Positions 27,485-37,021 of a stretch of 64,000 bases of DNA are shown piece after piece. The stretch is taken from NCBI GenBank assembly GCA_903864915.1, contig CAIPHS010000007.1:15146-79145 (forward strand), given 5' to 3'. Source of the DNA: an uncultured Candidatus Woesearchaeota archaeon (GTDB taxonomy: Archaea; Nanobdellota; Nanobdellia; UBA10117). Under the pieces are notes generated by a model. It saw only the letters and a program-made list of their open reading frames with translations, ran no database searches and was not told where the DNA came from. Position numbers and translations under genes: made by a program. Every line of letters begins with the position of its first letter. The first letter of the stretch is position 1.

Positions 27485-27947
27485 GTTCCTTGAAAGCTTC
27501 GCTGATTAATTCCTGTGGCCATCCTTTTTGCACCAAGGCCATCCAAATCTTTTCCTTGGGCTGTCCTGAAGAATATGAATTCAAGATGTATACCCTAACT
27601 TGTTCTTTGATAAAGCCGACAGGCCACATTGGCTGGGGCATCATCCTTGATTGTGAAAACTGCGGCCTGAAAACTGCCGCTGCAGTCCCTATGATAAAAA
27701 CTCCGGCAATTACCGTTATTATGAGCCATTTTAGCTGCGATGCAAACAACGTCTGCACTCCTACTGCGAACTGAGTCATGCCAGTCAGGCCTGCTTGAGT
27801 TTCATTTGACTCATTTCCGCCGAATATCGCACCGCCTGTCAGAATATTCTGCGATTCAAGCGAAGTCATCGTGATAAAAGCTGTGACAATCATGAAGAAA
27901 ATCGCACTTATGAATACGAACAGCAGGATGCTCTTGTTTTCCGCCAT
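27474..27947 (-). CDS. Two-TM membrane protein
   Basis: Two hydrophobic helices; C-terminal I..AL..KGWP..LI..AF motif. Confidence 0.7.
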   Translation of the reverse strand: MAENKSILLFVFISAIFFMIVTAFITMTSLESQNILTGGAIFGGNESNETQAGLTGMTQFAVGVQTLFASQLKWLIITVIAGVFIIGTAAAVFRPQFSQSRMMPQPMWPVGFIKEQVRVYILNSYSSGQPKEKIWMALVQKGWPQELISEAFKELRL

Positions 27948-27989
27948 GGCCGTATTAATAACATAAAAGGCGTATAAAAAGCTTTCAAA

Positions 27990-28673
27990 TCACTTCTTCT
28001 TTTTGGCCTTTGGAATCCGCTTTTTGACTTCCTTCTTCACTTTTTCAATAACTTTCTTTGTGGTTTCCTCTGCAAGCTCGCCAAACCTGATTTCTTCCTT
28101 TTCAGGGTAAACTAAAGCTGAAATCAATCTTCTTTCTTTTCTTATTTTCTTGTTCCATTCTTCTATATGTGTGCAATCTTCAATGCCTGCTCTCCCCAAA
28201 GGCCTGCTAATCTCTACAGGATAGCCCAGTGGGATTATTGCGTGGATCTTTATTGCTGCAGGTATCTTGAACTCCTTCCTTAATCTTGATTCTGTGAAAC
28301 TGCCGACAAACGTGCTCCCTATGCCCAAATTCCATGCAGCAAGAATTAGGTTTTCAGCAGCCAGCATGGTATTTTGGTTATCATAAGTGTCCCCGACTTT
28401 GTCACCGAACTCTGCCTTAGTCATATTGGGATTTGACAGCAATAAAATAACTGTTGGCGCAGTTGCAATCCAATCCTGCTCCAGGGCGGCTTCTGCAATC
28501 ACTTTCTTCTTGGCCTCATCCTCTACGATCAAAAACTGCCATGTCTGCAGATTTCCGGCACAAGGTGCAAGGTTTGCAGCATCAAGAACTGCATAAAGGG
28601 CTTCCTCAGGAATTTTGGTATGGTGGAATTTCCGGATAGACCTCCTGGTCCTTATGCAATCAAAAGTGTCCAT
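27990..28673 (-). CDS. Nitroreductase family protein
   Basis: RRSIRKF, APCAGNLQTW.F, LGIGS.FVG, LGYP. Confidence 0.92.
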   Translation of the reverse strand: MDTFDCIRTRRSIRKFHHTKIPEEALYAVLDAANLAPCAGNLQTWQFLIVEDEAKKKVIAEAALEQDWIATAPTVILLLSNPNMTKAEFGDKVGDTYDNQNTMLAAENLILAAWNLGIGSTFVGSFTESRLRKEFKIPAAIKIHAIIPLGYPVEISRPLGRAGIEDCTHIEEWNKKIRKERRLISALVYPEKEEIRFGELAEETTKKVIEKVKKEVKKRIPKAKKKK

Positions 28674-28710
28674 TAACAACATTTATATTTGAGGATATAA
28701 AAACCTATTC

Positions 28711-30414
28711 ATGCGTTACGAGCTGCTGGCGGACACTTATGGCGAGCTTGAGTCCACTACAAAGAAGCTTGCAAAGACAGAAATCGTTTCTAAGCTGATA
28801 AAGAAAACACCCATAGAAAATTTAGAGGAGGTTGTCATGCTGTTAACCGGCAAAGTATTCCCGCCATGGGCGGAGCATGAAATCGGTGTTGCAAACCAGA
28901 TGATGATCAAAGCTATCGCAAAAGCGACTGGCGCTTCTGACAAGGAAGTCGTTGATAAGTTCAGAAAAAGCGGCGATTTGGGATTGACAGCTGAAGCCTT
29001 CACAGAAAAGAAAAGGCAAAGGACTCTTGGCAGCGAGGAACTGACAGTTAAGAAAGTCTTTGCCAATTTCAGGGAAATCGCGGAGCAGAGTGGCTCTGGT
29101 TCCCAAGACAGGAAGCTAGGACTTCTTGCAGAATTATTATCATCAGCAAAACCAAAGGAAGCACTTTACATCGCGAGGACTGTTCTGGAACAACTAAGGG
29201 TTGGCGTCGCTGAAGGCTTGATAAGAAACGCCATTGCACAGGCCTTCGAACTGAAACCTGAGGATGTTGAGAATGCCTGGAACTTTTTGCCCGATTATGG
29301 CGAGATTGCAAAGATTGCAAAGGAAAAAGGCGCGAAAGGCCTGCAAAAGATCGATTTGAAACTTGGCACGCCATGCAATGTGCTGCTTGCAGAGAAAGCA
29401 CCTGACCTGAAGACTGCTATCGAGTCTTTTGAGCATGTCCTCCTGCAGTACAAATACGATGGCATGCGCTCATTGATTCACAAGAAAGGTGAAAAGATTT
29501 GGATATTTACGAGGAGGCTGGAAGATGTTACAAAAGCTTTCCCGGAAATCGCTGATTATGCAAAAAAGGCATTGAAAGCAAAAGAAATTATTATTGACGG
29601 GGAAACGCTGGCTCTCGACGCCAAGACCGGCAGGCCAATACCATTCCAAAAGCTTTCTACTAGAATAAAGAGAAAATACGACGTTGAAAAAGCGATGAAA
29701 GAAATTCCAGTCCAGATAAATGTATTTGATATTCTGTATTTGGATGGCAAGACTTTGTTTGACAAGACGCAAAGGGAAAGATTTGAAATTTTGAAGGAAG
29801 AAGTTAAGGAAATCAAGGACAAATTCAGGATTGCTGATTCCCTAATCACAAAAGATTTGGAGAAAGCAGAAAAATACTACAAGGAATCCCTGGCTGCAGG
29901 CCACGAAGGTCTGATTGTAAAGAATCTGGATTCGCTTTACATACCTGGCAGGTCTGTTGCCGGCGGCTGGCTGAAAATCAAACCAGTTATGGAGAACCTC
30001 GATTTAGTCATAGTTGGCGGCATGTGGGGGTCTGGAAAGAGGGCAGGCACAGTCGGCTCACTGATTCTGGGAATACGTGATGCGGATACAGGCAAATTCC
30101 TCGAATGCGGCATGCTGGGCACAGGCCTCAAGGAGAAAGAATCTGAGCAGGAAGGTTCAATTACGCTAAAAGAAATAACAAAGATGCTAAGACCTTTGAT
30201 AATATCGGAAGATGGCAATAACCTGAAGATAAAGCCGAAAATCGTGATTGAGGTTGGCTATCAGGAGATCCAAAAATCACCCACATACGCTTCCAACTAT
30301 GCCTTGAGATTCCCAAGATTTATCAGAATGAGGCCAGACAAGGCAGCTGAAGAAGCTGATGATACTGAGAGACTAAAGAAACTTTACGAAATGCAAAAAA
30401 TAACAAAAAAGTAG
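28711..30414 (+). CDS. lig: ATP-dependent DNA ligase
   Basis: KYDG.R, DGE, FDILY, EGL.VK, WLKIK, ALRFPRF.R.R.DK. Confidence 0.97.
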   Translation: MRYELLADTYGELESTTKKLAKTEIVSKLIKKTPIENLEEVVMLLTGKVFPPWAEHEIGVANQMMIKAIAKATGASDKEVVDKFRKSGDLGLTAEAFTEKKRQRTLGSEELTVKKVFANFREIAEQSGSGSQDRKLGLLAELLSSAKPKEALYIARTVLEQLRVGVAEGLIRNAIAQAFELKPEDVENAWNFLPDYGEIAKIAKEKGAKGLQKIDLKLGTPCNVLLAEKAPDLKTAIESFEHVLLQYKYDGMRSLIHKKGEKIWIFTRRLEDVTKAFPEIADYAKKALKAKEIIIDGETLALDAKTGRPIPFQKLSTRIKRKYDVEKAMKEIPVQINVFDILYLDGKTLFDKTQRERFEILKEEVKEIKDKFRIADSLITKDLEKAEKYYKESLAAGHEGLIVKNLDSLYIPGRSVAGGWLKIKPVMENLDLVIVGGMWGSGKRAGTVGSLILGIRDADTGKFLECGMLGTGLKEKESEQEGSITLKEITKMLRPLIISEDGNNLKIKPKIVIEVGYQEIQKSPTYASNYALRFPRFIRMRPDKAAEEADDTERLKKLYEMQKITKK

Positions 30415-30903
30415 TTAATATTCATCATTAGCATCCAATCTATTTTCTAAGTTCGGGTCTACTGGGCTTTCCATAAGACGGTTGATATAAAATTCATCCA
30501 GCCCGAGCACGTCCTCTCTTTCAAATTCGCTTAGCTGGTCAATCGTCAAGATTTGCCAGCCATATGTGCGCATTGCTGTTATCGCAGTTCTTTCTAGATG
30601 CTTATCAATTGCCGACAGAGACTTGTAACGGACAAATAAACCAATGATTTCATCAGCACGCTCCTCAGCGTAAAGTCTTCCGATGTCTTTGCTAAATTTA
30701 TTTCTTTTGCCACAAATCGTCAAACCTTTGGCATAATAATGCTTGCTGATTCCATCATCATCCGTGACTGTTAGTTCTTTCAAACAAATAGTTTTTCTCG
30801 GCACGTTTGTCTCTAATTCGCCGATGCCTAAGTGCTTAACTTGCTTACATTTCTTATGCTCGTAATAGAAATTTTCTCTTGTGATTTTATAGTCTGCCAT
30901 CAT
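30415..30903 (-). CDS. Hypothetical protein
   Basis: ATG ORF; contains an F.K.IGR..A..RA motif. Confidence 0.6.
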   Translation of the reverse strand: MMADYKITRENFYYEHKKCKQVKHLGIGELETNVPRKTICLKELTVTDDDGISKHYYAKGLTICGKRNKFSKDIGRLYAEERADEIIGLFVRYKSLSAIDKHLERTAITAMRTYGWQILTIDQLSEFEREDVLGLDEFYINRLMESPVDPNLENRLDANDEY

Positions 30904-30935
30904 GCATCAAAAATAAGAAAGTAATATAAAGTGTT

Positions 30936-31610
30936 CTATTTCGCAACTAGTTTGGCTTTTTTAATGATAAAAATGCCCGAATCTTCCTTTGCTTTTATTT
31001 CTGATTCTAAAATCTCAATCTTTTTGTTGAAAAAGGGCGCATCTAACACAGTGGTTTCAATCTCCCCACCCTCTCCTGCAGGATTAATCTTGTATTTTTC
31101 TTTTAATGAAACTAGTTTGTCAATCATTTTCCTGTCAAGCTCTTTTCCAAGCAAACTTTTATCCAAACCGTACGCAAAAACCCCGGAAATTATGACTTTG
31201 AATTTATGTTCAATTAATTCGTTCAGCAATTCTTCCTGGTCTTTATGCCACAACGGATTAACACATTTCAATTTCAAGTCGTCACAGATTTTTTGTATCC
31301 TGTCTGCCTGATATTTTGATTCTATAGCGCCTGTGACGATACCAGCAAGCTTGAATTTTTCTTTCGCCTCTTTTATCACAGTTTTCAAATCTTCCAGCTC
31401 TTTCTCTTTCTCGCCTTCTGTGGTTTTTTGCAGCAATGGCAGGCCAATTGCCTCTGCTTGTAATTCAACCATGTGTATGTTTGGCGTGTGGAACATGAAG
31501 CTCTCTTTATTTTTTGAAATAATAGAAATCAGGCAAACCACATTATGCTTCTCTTTGAGTAAAGCATAGTTAGAATCTTTCCCGCCAGAATACAAAACAC
31601 CAAGCCTCAT
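30936..31610 (-). CDS. Diphthine--ammonia ligase-like PP-loop ATPase
   Basis: LYSGGKDS, SFMFH, GAI.S.YQ, PLW, GEGGE.ET.V.DAP.F. Confidence 0.9.
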   Translation of the reverse strand: MRLGVLYSGGKDSNYALLKEKHNVVCLISIISKNKESFMFHTPNIHMVELQAEAIGLPLLQKTTEGEKEKELEDLKTVIKEAKEKFKLAGIVTGAIESKYQADRIQKICDDLKLKCVNPLWHKDQEELLNELIEHKFKVIISGVFAYGLDKSLLGKELDRKMIDKLVSLKEKYKINPAGEGGEIETTVLDAPFFNKKIEILESEIKAKEDSGIFIIKKAKLVAK

Positions 31611-32002
31611 TTCTGTTCTAAACTTACGTCTACTTCCTCATATTCCTTTCTAGTCTTTCTGAAAACCCTTGATGTGACTAGCAAATCCAGCTTTTCACCA
31701 ACCATTGTGTCATACAATTGGTAAAGGAAAAAATTAAACTCGCTTTTTGGAAGTTGGATTTCATAAAAAACAGACCCTTTTGCAATATCACTTTGGATAT
31801 TGTGCAGCTTGTCCGTAAGGTCTGCCATTGCCGGCAGCGGCTTGACCTGCTGCTTTCCTTTCTTCAGAAAAAATCTATCTGCATTTACTTGGCCATTGAA
31901 CGTTCCGCCAAGCTCGACTACTATATCCTTTACCCTATTAACAAGAGAAGGGTCCTGTGACAGGTACTCGTTTACCAAGAGGTAAGTTTCTCCATTTTCC
32001 AT
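31607..32002 (-). CDS. Hypothetical protein (start uncertain)
   Basis: ATGA overlap with the PP-loop gene; ATG 32002 fits the AAGCTTTTTAT promoter. Confidence 0.6.
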   Translation of the reverse strand: MENGETYLLVNEYLSQDPSLVNRVKDIVVELGGTFNGQVNADRFFLKKGKQQVKPLPAMADLTDKLHNIQSDIAKGSVFYEIQLPKSEFNFFLYQLYDTMVGEKLDLLVTSRVFRKTRKEYEEVDVSLEQK

Positions 32003-32052
32003 TACCAAAGGATTCGCGAAAGCCATAAAAAGCTTATTCTGAAAGTCCAAAC

Positions 32053-32184
32053 ATGAAGCTGCTTGAAAAGCTTGGAATCGACAAACAAACCCTCATCGTG
32101 GGCATAATTTTCATAGTTTGCGTGATAGCCATGCTGGCATGGGCCATACATGCTGTTGATATATACAACGGAACTTTCCCATAA
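32053..32184 (+). CDS. 43-aa single-TM microprotein (not in ORF track)
   Basis: MKLLEKLGIDKQTLIVGIIFIVCVIAMLAWAIHAVDIYNGTFP*. Confidence 0.55.
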   Translation: MKLLEKLGIDKQTLIVGIIFIVCVIAMLAWAIHAVDIYNGTFP

Positions 32185-32193
32185 TTATTTTCT

Positions 32194-32604
32194 ATGACCG
32201 ATACCGAGTATTGGGGCAAGATTAATCCGGAAAATGCCAAAGAGCTAGAAGGTATTCTTGATGATTTAGTTAAAGATGAGGGTCTTTGCTTGAAAATAAA
32301 GGGGAAAAGTTTTGTGCAAAAAGACGGCTCTGAACATGGGCTTTGCGAAGGTTATACGCTTGAATGGGAGCATAATGTCTGCTATTATTTAGGTAAAAAG
32401 AACCCAAAAATCAAGATATTGCTAAACTGGAGCACAATACCTCTTTGTAGTTTCGGTTCAATAGTCATGGATTACAAGGGTAATGTTAGTTATGAAAAGA
32501 AATGGTACCATTTCGGAGATGATTACCGTAAGAATGTCATAAGAACATCTCTTGAGGAGAAAGGCCTGTTGAAGACAAAGAAGCCAAATCTGGCAAAGTT
32601 TTAG
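32194..32604 (+). CDS. Hypothetical protein
   Basis: ATG ORF, typical composition. Confidence 0.6.
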   Translation: MTDTEYWGKINPENAKELEGILDDLVKDEGLCLKIKGKSFVQKDGSEHGLCEGYTLEWEHNVCYYLGKKNPKIKILLNWSTIPLCSFGSIVMDYKGNVSYEKKWYHFGDDYRKNVIRTSLEEKGLLKTKKPNLAKF

Positions 32605-32649
32605 CGCCAGCTGGCAAGATTTTTAAGACTATGTCGAGGGAAATCATTC

Positions 32650-33351
32650 ATGTCAGGAAAAGAGATTGACCTGGAATCTTCATTCAGAGACAGGTATGAT
32701 GTAGCCAGGCAAACATCGCTTGGAGGTTTCATGGTCGGCGTCCATTTTGTGCCCGACAAGTCATTTGATCTCGATTTAGACATACCACTGGCAAACCACA
32801 TCGCAACCATGCTGGATGCGAAAAACGGCAAAACCATAACCAAGAATCTTTCACAGGAGATCTGCGTTTTCAACGGCATAGACTCAAAAGCCATCGAAAA
32901 AAAGCCGCTCGAAATGGTCATCCTGGAAAGCCAGGCTGAAGTCCATTATTTCAGGGAGTTCAAGGAAAACGAACTCACCAAGTACAATCTGTTGGGCTTA
33001 TTTAATGCGGGCAAGGCCTTCACAGCCAGCCTCATGTATCCTGTTCAAAGAGCAAACAAAGACAAAGAGTCCTATCCTCTGGCTTTCAGATATGGCCTGC
33101 ACAACAAAGAAATAGAAGTATACTTCATGGGCGGAACAAAAAAACTGAAAGAGCTGCAAGTTGAGGCGAGAAAGGAAATATTCAGCATGGCTCAGGAACT
33201 TTACAACAAGGTCAACAGCAACGTAGAGCTGGAAATCAAGGAAGACAAAAGGCTCTTCAGGCTGAACGAAAACGAGGTTTATCAAAGCGGCTCATTGAAA
33301 ACAAGAGTTTACCCAAAACGCTGTGATTTGCCCCTTGATGCGCTGGATTAA
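32650..33351 (+). CDS. Hypothetical protein
   Basis: 233-aa ORF with a TTTTTAA box upstream. Confidence 0.7.
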   Translation: MSGKEIDLESSFRDRYDVARQTSLGGFMVGVHFVPDKSFDLDLDIPLANHIATMLDAKNGKTITKNLSQEICVFNGIDSKAIEKKPLEMVILESQAEVHYFREFKENELTKYNLLGLFNAGKAFTASLMYPVQRANKDKESYPLAFRYGLHNKEIEVYFMGGTKKLKELQVEARKEIFSMAQELYNKVNSNVELEIKEDKRLFRLNENEVYQSGSLKTRVYPKRCDLPLDALD

Positions 33352-33363
33352 GGAATAAGCACC

Positions 33364-33780
33364 ATGTCAACCCTAGAAGATTTATTTCCCAAAAAATGTT
33401 CTGGCTATGAACATTTTGGATTTGCAAAGGGAGCGAAATTACGCAAGGATACTGAGAGCATCAAAGTAATTGGCTCGCTTAAGGATTTCAAGCTGCCAGA
33501 CAAGCGAATCGAGATTATCATTACAGATACGAATAAGCTGGCAGATGCTGTTGAATATTTGCCCAAAGACATTCTGCTGGTATACGCAAAGCCTTTGCCC
33601 ATCAAGATAAGGGAAGACAAAGCTATTCGCTCTATCATCCGCAAGCCCATAACATATTGTGATGAAGCGGTTTTTGCAGAACCGGAGCAGTTCAAGGATG
33701 GTAGAAGGAATTTTGATCCCGTAACTTACGTTGGCAAAGTATATGTTGCTGTCTGCGCACCCTTAATCATATTGGGTTGA
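33364..33780 (+). CDS. Hypothetical protein
   Basis: ATG ORF 12 nt after the previous stop. Confidence 0.6.
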   Translation: MSTLEDLFPKKCSGYEHFGFAKGAKLRKDTESIKVIGSLKDFKLPDKRIEIIITDTNKLADAVEYLPKDILLVYAKPLPIKIREDKAIRSIIRKPITYCDEAVFAEPEQFKDGRRNFDPVTYVGKVYVAVCAPLIILG

Positions 33781-33826
33781 ATGAGTAAGGCGCAAAGCTT
33801 ATTAGTTTTGATTTTGGGGTTTGCTT

Positions 33827-34150
33827 ATGTTATTCAAGAAAAAGGATGAAAAGCAGGAACCGCAGGTCATGCAAATCAACCTAGTTGATGTTGTCAAGCA
33901 GGCAGCTGTGCAGATGAAGTATGAGGAAATAGGCAGCTGGCTTGCAACCCACAAGACACCGTTGTTCTGGTGCCATGAAAAGGGATTTACTATTGTTGAC
34001 AAGGCCTTTATCGACAAGAGGCCCTGGGTAGGCAAGGCCATGAGCAAGCTGGTAAAGGAAATAGAGGATGCCAAGCTGCAGGCTGCGCAGCCACAGACAC
34101 CAGAAAAAACACCTAAAGAAGAGAATTCAGACCACGCTTACATTGGCTGA
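33827..34150 (+). CDS. Hypothetical protein
   Basis: Leaderless ATG after AAAGCTTTATTA; ends ..HAYIG. Confidence 0.65.
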   Translation: MLFKKKDEKQEPQVMQINLVDVVKQAAVQMKYEEIGSWLATHKTPLFWCHEKGFTIVDKAFIDKRPWVGKAMSKLVKEIEDAKLQAAQPQTPEKTPKEENSDHAYIG

Positions 34151-34153
34151 TTC

Positions 34154-34567
34154 TTAGCGCCATGAATCAACAAGCGACTTATTTTGCTGTATTGCATATT
34201 TGATTTCTTTTACAAAATACACTTTGCCTGTCTCTAAACCTAATGATTTTGCAACGTAGGTATCTGTTCTGCGCTTATCAATGCTTGTATCATCAAAGCA
34301 TGCCGTTTTTCTAAACTCTTCTGTAAAACTAGTACAATTATCACAAATCTGGTCTGGAATATTCTTAACTAACATGATTTTCTGCTCCTCGTTTTTCAAA
34401 ATGCTTTCTAAGAATTTTATGTGCTGGCTTTCTATCGTTAAAGCCAACCTTTCCTGCGTCACTTGAACGCCATCTGAACGTGTGTGGATATAATACTGTG
34501 GGAATACGAGATAACTTAGTAATTTGAGGTGGTGTCCTCTTAGTTTGATTGTTTTTGGTGTTTCCAT
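34154..34567 (-). CDS. DUF1284-like protein
   Basis: IKLRGHHL and D.IC..C motifs. Confidence 0.65.
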   Translation of the reverse strand: METPKTIKLRGHHLKLLSYLVFPQYYIHTRSDGVQVTQERLALTIESQHIKFLESILKNEEQKIMLVKNIPDQICDNCTSFTEEFRKTACFDDTSIDKRRTDTYVAKSLGLETGKVYFVKEIKYAIQQNKSLVDSWR

Positions 34568-34568
34568 A

Positions 34569-35504
34569 TTACACCGGCTGAGCTGCTTCTTTAGTTCTGT
34601 ACTCTTTCAGTTCTCCAAGTTTCTTGTGCATTTGGTACACGAGACTGATTGTTGCATGCACGCGATCTTTGCCCCATTTTTGCTCACTTCGAAGAAACTC
34701 ATTTGTTGTCTCTATGAGCGCAGTAGTATAATGAATACAAACGTCTTCGAGCGCTTTTCCGTAATCCCAATTTATACATTGTGGATTGAATGATATAGTG
34801 TGCTCTTCTCCTTTAGCATACTTTTCCACATCATCTTTGAAAATTTTCCAGGCACCATCATTCGGGTCAAATAGATTGAATGACACATACTTGTTTCCCT
34901 CGTAGCAATTCCATCTGTTCATTTTCGATATGACTTTATCTGCAAACCATAAATACGGCTCAACAGTGGACAGAAACTGCGCTTCAAATTTCTCGTTGAG
35001 CAATTTTCCACTGATTCTTTCTTTCGTAGCGGAAAGCAACGCTGTCCTAGCTGCTTCCCCATATACCATCTGTGCGCTTGATAGCCAAGAGTCGTAGAGA
35101 CTTTTAATCTCTGCTTGGAAATCAGTTCTATGCTCTCTTATATTGTTCTCAAGTTTTGTAAGCAATTCCCTCGGCTTACCGTTGTATGTTGCATCAAACA
35201 AAGACGTGATATTGGAAAGTAAATTTATTGTGCCAGTATCTTTCAGAAGTTTTGCTTTATCATTAGCCTCATTGAGTCTTTTCCTTTCCGCTTCAAATCC
35301 GTCTAAGCGCGTTATCGCAGTTTCCTGCGATAGTGCAAGCAATATTTCTTCAAGCAACCCAGAGACTTCAAGCTGAACTTTAGGTTTAGGCATGTATTCT
35401 AAATCTCCACCCGCAAGCCAAACGCCCAATTTATCGCAAGCTTTTGGGCTAAGTTTTTCTCCGGTCAGCTCTTCATAAACATCAATTATTTTTTTCTCTA
35501 CCAT
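34569..35504 (-). CDS. Hypothetical helical protein
   Basis: Start placed at ATG 35504 in a TAAAATG junction. Confidence 0.7.
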   Translation of the reverse strand: MVEKKIIDVYEELTGEKLSPKACDKLGVWLAGGDLEYMPKPKVQLEVSGLLEEILLALSQETAITRLDGFEAERKRLNEANDKAKLLKDTGTINLLSNITSLFDATYNGKPRELLTKLENNIREHRTDFQAEIKSLYDSWLSSAQMVYGEAARTALLSATKERISGKLLNEKFEAQFLSTVEPYLWFADKVISKMNRWNCYEGNKYVSFNLFDPNDGAWKIFKDDVEKYAKGEEHTISFNPQCINWDYGKALEDVCIHYTTALIETTNEFLRSEQKWGKDRVHATISLVYQMHKKLGELKEYRTKEAAQPV

Positions 35505-35505
35505 T

Positions 35506-35874
35506 TTAGGCAGCCATTGGCACATAATAGGACTTGTTCTGTTCGTCAAAAGAGTACACGCCAAGTTGAATTAGCAAATCAAGCTTGCCTTGCAAGTCCT
35601 TTGCATCAACGCCATTCAAATCCTGCTCTTCTCTTATTCTCGTGATTAGATTTTCAATAGTAAGCTGCTCGCCAGGCTTGATTACGCCTTTCATGAGGTA
35701 TGGAAGTTTGACTTTGGTCTGGTGACCTTTTGATTTCAAGCCATATTCCATGAAATAATGCATAATTGTTCTCTGGTCTACCCCTGCATACCTGGCAGCT
35801 TCCCTTACTGTCATGTTCTGCAGGCCAGCATCCTTGATTAGGCACTTCTTGGCTTCTGAAAGTTGTCGTGACAT
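35506..35874 (-). CDS. HTH DNA-binding protein
   Basis: MTVREAARYAGVDQRTIMHYF HTH; palindrome TATTGCC-N5-GGCAATA (35882-35900) between its TATA and start. Confidence 0.7.
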   Translation of the reverse strand: MSRQLSEAKKCLIKDAGLQNMTVREAARYAGVDQRTIMHYFMEYGLKSKGHQTKVKLPYLMKGVIKPGEQLTIENLITRIREEQDLNGVDAKDLQGKLDLLIQLGVYSFDEQNKSYYVPMAA

Positions 35875-35985
35875 GGGTTTCTATTGCCAAAAGGGCAATA
35901 TAAAGCTTGCTATATTGCAAATATAACTTTGGTAATCCGTTGGGATCTTAAGGGTGGAAAAAGGAAAAAATCTAACTGACGAGCG

Positions 35986-36069
35986 TCATTGTGGTAGTTG
36001 TGGGGTTGTTGGTTGTTGCTCTTGGGTTGGCTGAACTGGCTGTTGTTCAACTTTCTTTTTTCTTGGCAT
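35986..36069 (-). CDS. 27-aa basic, Gln/Pro-rich micropeptide
   Basis: MPRKKKVEQQPVQPTQEQQPTTPQLPQ*. GGAGGTG SD (36078-36084), CTTTATTAA box (36108-36116), U-tract downstream. Confidence 0.65.
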   Translation of the reverse strand: MPRKKKVEQQPVQPTQEQQPTTPQLPQ

Positions 36070-36417
36070 ATCAAATCCACCTCCGGAATTTGGGCAAGTT
36101 TGGCAACTTAATAAAGATTTCTTTTGCCATAGTGAAAGTATCAGAAAGGCAAAGTTGGTGGCTTGCAGGTAGGGTCCAACTGCCAAATTGGGCACACTAT
36201 GGCAACTTTTACACTATAGTAAATTGATTTTCGTTTCCAGGTTTGAAACACCACCCCTTTATTTCCTATGGAGGGCGGTTTTTGCATTTCTTGCCATATG
36301 ATTGAAAAGATGTACAGATTTTGGAACAGCGTTTCAGGAACAGTGTTTCATTTACTAACGAGCGTTCGGTTTACGAAACATTTATATTCAAGTACATCGT
36401 ATGAATAACTATTCCAT

Positions 36418-36476
36418 GGTCAGCCCCGGCGAACGGATTGGTAAGTTTGCCGGGAACCTCTGACCTTTTGTCAGGG
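36418..36476 (+). promoter_or_regulatory. Structured 5' leader with alternative pairings
   Basis: GGTCAG/CTGACC and CCCGGCGAAC/GTTTGCCGGG stems; alternative CTGAC/GTCAG hairpin next to the ATG. Confidence 0.5.
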
Positions 36477-36479
36477 CAT

Positions 36480-37001
36480 ATGGAAGAAAAAACACAATTA
36501 CTTGCTAGTCTTTTTGACAAGAAAACAGTCGAAGTTCTAAAACGATTAATGGTCAAGCCAGGGAATTTTTACATCAGGGACTTGTCCAAGGAATCTGGCG
36601 TTCCCCTGGCAACAACATTCAGGATCGTCCAGAAGCTTACGGCATTAAACCTAGTGCAGAAAAAGGAAATGGATAAGTTTGTTTTCTATAGCGTCAACAA
36701 AGAGGCATCAATCTACAATGAAGTTCATACGCTGGTCTTCGGGACAAGTTCTGACCCGATAGAACTGTTCAAGAAATCCCTGCACGAAAGATACTCCGGC
36801 GCATTCACAGCTTACCAGGACAAAGACAAAAAGATTTTTGTCGTGTCAGACCTATTGAAAGAAGCGGAAGTCGCCGAACTCGCGACCTTTGTTTACCAAA
36901 AGACAGAGGTAAAACCAAATTATATAATGATAACGCGAGAATTCTTCCAGAAGATGCAGGATATGGGCTTGATCCAGAAGGACAAGCTTCAAATAGGGTA
37001 A
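36480..37001 (+). CDS. Winged-helix (ArsR/IclR-like) transcriptional regulator
   Basis: FYIRDLSKESGVPLATTFRIVQKL HTH with wing. Confidence 0.85.
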   Translation: MEEKTQLLASLFDKKTVEVLKRLMVKPGNFYIRDLSKESGVPLATTFRIVQKLTALNLVQKKEMDKFVFYSVNKEASIYNEVHTLVFGTSSDPIELFKKSLHERYSGAFTAYQDKDKKIFVVSDLLKEAEVAELATFVYQKTEVKPNYIMITREFFQKMQDMGLIQKDKLQIG

Positions 37002-37021
37002 TAATGCAATAAAGAGAAAAT

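Noticed and set aside
35986-36069. True nuclear localisation signal
   Set aside because: PRKKKV resembles an NLS, but basic N-termini are common in archaeal small proteins and nothing here suggests a eukaryotic host.
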